Source of the DNA: Thalia democratica
Lineage: Eukaryota
Direction of reading: 5' to 3'
Assembly (NCBI GenBank): GCA_965202585.1
Contig: OZ241833.1
Location: forward strand, 23,746,001-23,810,000
DNA length: 64,000 nt
Part shown: in pieces, positions 55,446 to 64,000 of the stretch
How positions within the stretch are numbered: the stretch's first letter is position 1
Layout: each line of letters begins with the position of its first letter
The notes under the pieces: model-generated
Told to the model about the DNA's origin: nothing
Seen by the model: only the letters and a program-made list of their open reading frames with translations
The model's database searches: none
Translations under genes and position numbers: made by a program

Positions 55446-57671
55446 AGCATGTGACTTAAAATAATGTTTTGAGAGAGAAGTCGCAGCTTCAAAAAAAAAT
55501 ACAACCGTAATTGCATAATGCGGAGCAACTAAATCAATTTCGAGAACATTAAAAAAATGTTTTTTATTTATATGTTTTAAAGTCTATGGACTTTGAAACG
55601 CATGAAATTGTATATACGTACGTATGAAGATATAAATAAAATATATTAATATAAAACAATTATTTATAATTTATGTGTTTGTTCTTTTTTAAAACAAGAT
55701 AAATTATCACACAAAGCTTTTTTTACTAGTAAAATTGGTGTAAACCATTATATAGACTTTTTTTGTCTTGATCGTATTAAGTCAAATAAGTTGTTTATGT
55801 TTATGGAGCTTATATAAAAGAAGTTTAACTGTTTAATTATTTGGAAACGTTAAAATTATAATTTCACAGATTTTAGTCTTAAAAAGGTCATAATAAATTT
55901 AAAAGAGTAATAAACTTTTTGTTTAAACTAGAACAAACATTTTATAACAAATTTGTTAAAAACATGTACATTTGAAAACTATTTTTTTTGTGGAATATTT
56001 ATGTAAAAAACTTAGTATGTATAACTTTTTTATTAATTTTTTTTTTAATTATGTGAGTAAGCTATATTATACAAAATTAAATAACTGGATTAAGAAATAA
56101 ACTAACAACAAAACGTTCAAAATTTGTTATGTCACAACTATAAAAATAAACTCAAAAAGTTATGAAAACGTGACAATCATAACACATTAACAGTTAAATA
56201 TTTTTAATTTAAAATGTTAAAAAGAATTGTTTAGCTTATGTATTCTATTAAAACTATTCAATTAAAAAAAATTTTAAAGCTTGTGGTCGTAAAACTGGTT
56301 AGTTTAATTAAATTTTTAGAACTGAAACTTTTTTAATTATATGTAAATAAAAACCGTAGAGTAGAACAATTATACTTAGAAATTTGTAGATAATAAATAA
56401 ATAATAGACAGATATTTTTAACCTTTATCAAATAAAAACAAATACTTTTGTTAAAATTAATGCATTTGTGTACTAACCTTGTTGCTAAAGCAAATAAATC
56501 AAAGTACAAACTAATAATTGTAAAATATTTTCAATGGGTAAACAATTAGGTGATTATTTGTTCAACTATTACTTAATTCTATTTTGTCGTTCACTTAACA
56601 AGGTAATTTAAGTATGATAGCTTCTAGATACTTCCTGATTCGCTCAACATCAACAATTTCACTTATCGTTTAAAGCAATTCTCCTAGGAAATATTACCTC
56701 ATTAATTTTTATTTGTCATTTATTTAGCAATAGTCTCATATAAACAAACATGTTTTAAAATGTATATCTAAATGAAAAAACATATTATGTGTCTGTAAAC
56801 AAAAACTCGATTGAAAACGCAAAAAAAAAAAGATATTGTTGTATCTTATAAAGGTATATAACTTTAAAACTCAAAACTTTTAACATTTTGGAGTAAAATT
56901 AAAGCTGATATGATACTTGAAATTTAAGTTTTAATTACTACTTAAAATAAAATATTTTATAAACTATTTAGGCTAACTATGTAATGTACTACATTTTATC
57001 CTAATTAGTCTGCCAACTGCCATAAACTGGTTTCTAAACTATAATAATTTTAAAGTTTGATAAATAGTTTCTGACCTAAAAATATAAACTATTAAAATAA
57101 TTTTATTATAATAATAAATAACAAGCTCTTTATAACTGTAAAGACGAAATTGATTAATAAATAATTGGTTTGTATTTTTTCTGAATTGAAAATTAAATAA
57201 ATCTTAATTTATAACTATTTTTATTAACAATTTTATCATTTTTTCATATTTCTACTATCTATATAAAAAGAATTCTTAATATATTAAACTTATTTAAGTA
57301 ATTTTCAACTTTTAAATAGTGTTTATATATTTCACTCATTGCGTTAATTTTTACATGATTTTCGGTTGTAAGTTAAAGTTTTAATTAAAATATATTTATT
57401 GTATACAGCTAAACATGAAGCTTAAAGTATGTTTTATAGATAAAGGAAGCAAAAGTAAATTAAATGCAACAAAACGTTGAAAAAAAGATATAGATCTAAA
57501 CTTTTATACTAATTCTATTGCTTCATTAGTGTAGTAAATATTTTGTATTAGATAAACTTATGTTATACAATTTAAAAGTATATAGATAAAAAATATCTAA
57601 CTTTATTTAAAAAATTTAACTTGTTTCATTTTTTTAGTAATCAGAAAAATATTTCCAGTTTTCCACAACAG

Positions 57672-57780
57672 TTTATTAAACGACAAAAAAATACGCTCAA
57701 AATATTTGGTCCTAGGACCTAATGCATGAAAAAACCTTTCGGTTATAGAGTCCTACACCACGGTTACCTTTAAACGTCTT
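57672..57780 (+). repeat. Dispersed ~100-nt repeat family, copy A
   Basis: tttattaaacg..cgctcaaaatatttggtcctaggacc..aacctttcggttatagagtcctacaccac. Confidence 0.75.
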
Positions 57781-60700
57781 GTCAAGGCTTTACAAAGCAT
57801 TTTATCATTGATCTTTGTCATTTTTTGTTAAAAAATTTAAATAGATCCTTTAAAGTATAGTGCACTCTTTTTAGTTTAGAAGTTAATTAATAAAAAACTA
57901 TATACAACAATAGTTAAGTACAAAAACATTACATATTAACACCAAGTAAGAACAGTTTTTTTTTCATCGAATAATAGTTGAGTGAAATTTTCAAATATGA
58001 TTGATCACCATATATATTTATTAAAAAATACTCGCTTTAAAACCTTAAAAAAATTATATTTTATGTAAGACAAAAACTTTACTTAGTTTAAAATGTTCGA
58101 TGTAATTTGAAATACGCACGTTGCACAAGTAAAAATCTTTATTAGCAAAAATCGTAAGTTCCACGCAGATATTGATTAAGATTAATTGTAAAAAAAAATA
58201 TAATAAAAAAAGAAAAAACTTATTTTTTTTAATTTAGGTTGCATAAAAACCATTGTAATTAATTTATTAGAAAATTTATATAAATATTTAATACAAGTTT
58301 ACAGAATTTTTTAGAACATGTGTAAATACGCATGGTTTTGTTTATGTAGAAAAAGGAGGTAGAGATAATTAGAAAATCAATAGAAAATAATTATTGCTTA
58401 CCTTTGTATAATATGCTTATAGTTTGGTCTAAAATTTTGAAAATAAGTATAATTTTACAAATAGTTTTAGATTTTATTAAGATAGTTATAGTATATTATG
58501 AAACAATGCTAAAATTAATAAAAAACTATACTAGCACTTTATATTTCTCTATAGATTTCTATAGTTGTTCATTTAACCTTTGTACGACTACTATACCGAG
58601 ATTTTTCGTTGAACAAAAGTTATTCAAAAAAAACTCATAAAACGGTTATTTTTATTTACAATAAATAATCTTTGAAGAATTTTTTTTGTTTAAAAGTACT
58701 TTAACTTCAGTAGATAACGTAGGGATTTTAAGAAATAGTATGCTTACTAAACAAACTGTATAAAATGTATACACCTATATTAACAAAAAAGCTGTTTGTT
58801 TGATCACCGGTATATGTTATAAAGTTTTAATACTTAAATACAAAACAGTTTTTTAGCATTACTTAAATCCAATCTGTTTCAAAATTTACTCTTGCCTTAA
58901 AGTACAATTTTAAAGATGATTTTTCTATTTCGATCATTTGGACAAAACTAACCTTTGCAAAAACAATTAAACAATAAATGTTACTTTTATTGCTTTACCA
59001 CATTGAAAACTATAACTGATTGACTGAAAACTAGTATTATAAAAAAGAGTAAAGGTTTAATAAAATGTTGTTTGTGATATATCAAGATCATTAAAAAAGT
59101 ATTTTGGAGTATCAACTTTATAAATATTATAGATAAATAACTAATTTAAGCTCAGTTGTTGTTTAATACAAGTGTTTGTTAAAAACATGAGATAAGAAGT
59201 TAAGAAATATATATTGTTTTTGAAATAAACAACTACTTTCTTTTTATTTTAGAAAGTTATATATTTTAAACACAAGTTATTATTTGGTTACAATATTTAT
59301 AGAAAAATATAGTTTATGACTTAACCTTAATTGTATCATATACTAAGTTAGCTATCAATTTAAAAAGCAAAAAATTTCAAAAGTTTTGTATTTGTTCTGC
59401 CATGAAAAACAGCTATTGCTGCAACAAAGTTAATTTGTGAAGTTAATTTAGAAACGCAAAAAAAAGAAGAAACTATCAGAAATGTTTATAAGTTATACAA
59501 AAAGTATTTCTTAAAGACTATAAAATTTTTAAAATAGTGGAAAACTAAAGAAGTCTGCAAATACATGATTTCGGGTAAACAAGCATTTTGCTTATTTGCA
59601 TATATTTATAAAAAATAATATTCCAATGACTGGAAGTCGTTGGAAAAAGTAAAAAGAGCAAACAGGAGTTAAAACCAATATGAACTCTAAAATTTTTTAA
59701 GGTAACTTACTGCTGAGATTTTAACCACAAAAGTTAAGCGAGTACACTGTATTACGCTTTGTGGTATTTTTAAGATTGCAGGCTTATTGGTTGTTTGCAG
59801 TTGTATTTAACTTTTATTTTATGCACTAGTCTAATTTTAAGGTATTAAACATCATGTTTGTTATTTAAAATAGTCGAACTTATCATCTTAATTTTTTTTT
59901 TATAAAAAACTTGTAGTATAACTTTTAAAACAAAAAAGTTTTAATAGTACGAAATTATGGTTTAGAACTTTTATTTTGTTAGTTTGAATTTTTTTAACGT
60001 ATCATTTTTAAAACTTTAACGTATTTGTATTGGTCACTAACTATGAAACATGGCTTTATTAAAACATGGCTTTATTTAAAGTAAGGGCTTTTGTAATAAC
60101 AACCAAAAAATTTAGAAAATAAATTTTTTATGTAAAAAATACTCTATCCTAATGATTTATTACCTTCAAACCAAGTTAGTAAACGCATTACAAAAAACAG
60201 GCTTAGGCATGTAGAAAACATTTAATAACAAAATAATCATTTTTTTTTTCTTTTTAATAGCAGTTTTAAAAGTTTTTTTTTTTTTTTATAAACTATTTAA
60301 AAATTATTTCAAAATTTCCACTTTTCTTTTATTTACTCATCTATATAAACATAGCTGTTTTGTGACTAAACAAGTATATAATAATTTTCTATAAAAAATT
60401 ATCAAGTTTGAATTAACGTTAGCGTAAAAAATATTTTTTTAAGCGAATTGAATATAGTTATTTAAACTTATACTTAACTAGAACAAAAAAATTCTGATTG
60501 ATTTATTCTATAAAGTTAGTAAAGTAAACAACTTAATAAAAGAAGTTCAACTACTTTTATTTCTTTAAATTGTTGGTGTATTTAAATTTTGCAGTATTAG
60601 TTATTAATATTACACCATGTAATTTTGTTAGTAGCATTTAAAATGTTTTATACAGACTAAGATAGGTTTACTTTTTTAAGCAATGAAACAGACTAGTCTA

Positions 60701-61588
60701 ACAAATAAAAATAAAGTTGTTACCATTTTAATATTTCTAAGTATATCAATAAAATACGTAATAAGTACGTTATAACAAAAAAAATTTCGTTTTACTTGAT
60801 TTTCTCTTTTTTGTATTAACCATATAAAAACATTATATTAATTAAGTCTTACAGTTTTATAAAAATAATTCGTAAAAGTTTGTTCTAGTTTAGTATAAAG
60901 TAAATCTTTAACTTTGATAAAACTTTGTACGATAATAAGAAAGACTATTAATCAATTATTTGAGAAAAAATTGTTCAAGTTTTTCATAAGTAGAGATTTT
61001 TCATTTTTCGGATTTTTTAAGTTAAAAATACTACATAGCTTTTATTATTAAATGTATAAATATAATGCAAAAACTATCATAAAAAAAAAAACTACCATAC
61101 TTACTTTTCTATAACAATACAATATCATAATAATTTAATAGAGTAGCAAAGTTTAAACATATGGTAAGCACAGAATTAAGAAAAATAAAATATCTTAAAA
61201 TGTTAACAATTTTACCTTAATTTTTTATAACTTTATTTAGTCACTTTTAATCTATTTATCGTCTTACTTTGCGCTAAAATATATAAACTGTTTTAAAAGT
61301 TTACCTATATGAACTTAGCTTGTACTAAAAAACTGAACAACTTTTGGTATATAAAAGATAAAATACGTTTTTAATTCTATATAAAGTTTTATTATTTTCT
61401 TTTTTAAAGAATAATCATTTTTTTTTTTTATTTAAAAAACATCAGTTGTATGTATCACGATTAAAACAATGCTTATACAAATAAGAAAACAACATAAAAT
61501 TCGTTTAAAAAAAATTGCGGTTAAAAACACAAGTAACAAATTTAACAAACTACTACTCGAGCCGTAAAAACTAAATAAACTTTCAGCT

Positions 61589-61834
61589 TCAGTTTCTCGG
61601 AAGCAGGGTGGCGGTGTGGATGACGACCCCCTGCGAAGTGACGAACTCGACCTTCATCTCCCGCTCACCCACCTCGCAGTACGTGAACGCCGCCTTGCCG
61701 TGGTCCAGGTAGTTGGTCCAGAAGAACTTGGTGTCCTTGTACACGCCGTCCAGGTGCTGCAGCTTGTCCTCGACCGGCGACGTGGCTCCGGTGACAAAGT
61801 AGTGGACGCCGCCCGACCCGGGCGACTTTATGTG
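61589..61834 (-). CDS. ACP5: ACP5-like terminal exon
   Basis: gcag|HIKSPG..LLPRN*, 82 codons including the stop, very high GC3. Confidence 0.88.
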   Translation of the reverse strand, partial: HIKSPGSGGVHYFVTGATSPVEDKLQHLDGVYKDTKFFWTNYLDHGKAAFTYCEVGEREMKVEFVTSQGVVIHTATLLPRN

Positions 61835-62991
61835 CTGCGGAAGAAGTAAGGGTGTTAGCTGAGTGTCATTTCAACTTGAACGCAGAAACGTGTACGAATG
61901 TCATTTCAACTTGATCACTTAGCGGTTGTTGTAATATACGTTTGAACTTGTGTGAGTTATTTCGATACAGTCGATTGAAGTAAAATGAGTTCAAAACTTA
62001 CCTTTGTGGTAATGTATTGCATAACAAAATAAATGAGTACAAATATTAGTTTTATGTGTAATTTTTGTTTCTATTTCAAGTTTAGTAGCTTTATGTGTTT
62101 ATTTTTTAATATGATTATAAGTTGCTTTTGTTTATGAAGCATTTTTGTATGTAAGAAATTCTTTACTACAATTAAAGGTTTATTGATAGTAAAAATCTAA
62201 ACTGTTTAAAAATTACTTTTTACTAAAATGTAAAAAAATGGTTTAGCTGCTTTAAAGTATTTTTATAACTTTAAAAAAAATTCAAACATAAGTTATAAAC
62301 ATTATATTAAAACAAAAAAATTAAACTTAAAAATCTATTATCTAATAAAAGATACAAATACACAATTAAATGTATTTTAAAAGCTTGTTAAGTTTAATAT
62401 AGGCAAACAAAACAGAAGTTTTGTAGCATAAGCGTTTTTAGTTTACTTAAATAGGTAAGTATTTTAATATGGCAACTTTGCTTTTGATATGTATTTATAT
62501 GCATTAAACAAGTTGATATACATTTTTATGCAAAAATTTTCCTGTTAATAAGTGAATAAGAAACGTTTTATTTACAAAAAGTAATTAATACTACAGCCAA
62601 GCTAAATGCTAACAAAAAATTTTTTTTTATGGTTCTAGTTGAATTTTTTTAACAAAAACAAACCCTTAACTAATATAGCAACAATAATAATTTTTTTTAT
62701 TGTGATAACATAGTTTTTTTTATCAGAACATATAAACTTTTATATCATCAGAGTGTATGAAACCCAGCGAAACGTGAAGTTGTCAAAAAATCAACGCTTA
62801 CTGTTTAATAATCAATTTCAAAATACTGCTACTGTTGCACAACCTGCATGCTGTGATCATGGCCGCTCATGTAAGCCGAAACCCGATATCTTTCTAGTAA
62901 GGGTTGCAACCGTTCCTGCAAGCACTTTGTACTTCCGTGCATGCCGCCAGAGTAGACTGGGTAGTGACCGGCTACTATCAGATAATCTGAA
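61589..62991 (-). CDS. ACP5: Tartrate-resistant (purple) acid phosphatase type 5-like, last two exons; 5' part lies outside the window or was not found; gene-level model
   Basis: Exon 62991-62844 gives SDYLIVAGHYPVYSGGMHGSTKCLQERLQPLLERYRVSAYMSGHDHSMQ, with the metal-ligand motifs VAGH and GHDH. Exon 61834-61589 gives ..VHYFVTGA..AAFTYCEVGEREMKVEFVTSQGVVIHTATLLPRN*. Confidence 0.88.
62844..62991 (-). CDS. ACP5: ACP5-like penultimate exon
   Basis: aacag|..cag|gttgtg; AGHYP and SGHDH motifs. Confidence 0.9.
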
Positions 62992-63083
62992 CTGTTTGCC
63001 AAAAGTTAAAAAAAGTTGTTTATTTTTTAAAATAATACCACAAATTAAGTGAGTAAAAGTTATGAGAAGCATTGTTGTTATTG

Positions 63084-63186
63084 TTTATTGAACGAAAAAA
63101 AGCGCTCAAAAAGTTTGGTCTAAGGACCTAATGTACGAAAAAGTCTTTCGGTTATCGAGTCATACATCAGGATGCAGTTTAACGTT
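63084..63186 (+). repeat. Dispersed ~100-nt repeat family, copy B
   Basis: tttattgaacg..gcgctcaaaaagtttggtctaaggacc..tctttcggttatcgagtcatacatc. Confidence 0.75.
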
Positions 63187-64000
63187 ATTATTAAAGCTTA
63201 ATAGTTGTTATCTTGCATACAATTAACAATTTTTAGAAATATTTTTAGTTAATTTTTATAAAAAACATAAACAAATGGTATATTAACTTTTAGTTTGCTT
63301 ATTATATTATGAGTCTTATAACGGACCTAAAATAAAAATAATGTAATCATTTTCGCTGTATAGCTTTTAAAGTTAGCCATTGTAATTGATTTTAAAAGCA
63401 TACGCTTATTTTAGAAATAATTTTAATATTTATAATTTAAACAATTTCTTACTATAAACTAAGCGATTATATGCAAAATAGATAATTTATACAAACAAGG
63501 TTTCTTACAGTTAACTACAAAAGTTTTAAATTTACTATTTAAGAGCAAAGTTTAATATTAAAAAGTTTGTTGTACAATAATTTTTAGTTTAAATACCAGT
63601 TGGAAATTTTAAATAAAAATAATTTTGAAAAAGTTCTGAACAGTGTAAAAGTTTCATGTAAACAAATCGTTAACATGTGCGTGTTTTCTATTTTTAAATT
63701 ACTTTTTAATTTTATTTCAACACATGTTGTTGTTTAAGTATTGCTGACTTTATTTTAAAATAACAAGTGAAAACCTTCAACATAACATTAAGCTTTTGGC
63801 TTTGAATAAAACAACTGTAGTTTTAAATTTAAATAAAATTTAAAGAGATAAACTTTTAATCGAAGATACTAGGCGAAATAAAATATAACATTATCGCATA
63901 AGTGTGTGTGTGTACAAAAACAAACATCTTGTTTTCATCTTAATTTCACGGAAAGCGAAATGTCACATGAGCAGGCGCGCGCTTGAATGAAAACAGCGTT

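Noticed and set aside
60048-60080. Short tandem aaacatggctttatt duplication and the many poly-A/poly-T runs
   Set aside because: Ordinary slippage products in AT-rich DNA with no supporting context.
56400-61300. Cluster of minus-strand aag|gtta(a/g)/gtaag donor-like motifs (about 56420, 56476, 58401, 58950, 59324, 61215) and a 6-nt ag|cgcaaa|gt candidate at 61268-61273 as an alternative-first-exon or microexon array
   Set aside because: No ATG-initiated open frames, weak or missing acceptors and no coherent phase chain. The excess over AT-rich background looks modest. Only RNA-seq could rescue this reading.
62002-62070. 69-nt in-frame cassette exon candidate (KQKLHIKLIFVLIYFVMQYITTK) in the ACP5 intron
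   Set aside because: The donor is strong but the acceptor is poor, and the insertion would fall right after the GHDH metal-binding motif and probably break the fold.

Overview
This is AT-rich, intron-containing animal genomic DNA (introns about 20% GC, GT-AG splice sites), most likely from an invertebrate. The taxon cannot be determined from the sequence alone. Four spliced protein-coding genes were reconstructed by hand with phase-consistent exon chains. (1) The 3' part of a whirlin-like gene with three PDZ domains (+, <1-10899). (2) A complete 5-exon, 312-aa gene with a signal peptide, a candidate furin propeptide, two cysteine-rich helical modules and a GPI-anchor-like tail (+, 20602-31652). 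(3) A complete 21-exon, ~5127-aa apolipophorin/apoB-type large lipid transfer protein (-, 34712-55302) that includes one 10,060-nt exon. (4) The last two exons of a tartrate-resistant (purple) acid phosphatase, ACP5-like (-, 61589-62991). Introns and intergenic DNA carry several non-autonomous DNA transposons (hAT-, Tc1/mariner- and Kolobok-like), foldback hairpins and a dispersed two-hairpin repeat. No rRNA, tRNA or CRISPR array was seen. The strongest leads are: a cryptic ~50-63-aa repeat making up the middle of the giant exon; sharp GC3 mosaicism within genes; an orphan splice unit 6.7 kb past whirlin that would restore a C-terminal PDZ ligand; the uncharacterised GPI protein; and a nested ~123-nt hairpin in a GC-rich island inside its last intron. 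All family assignments come from recalled motifs, not database searches.
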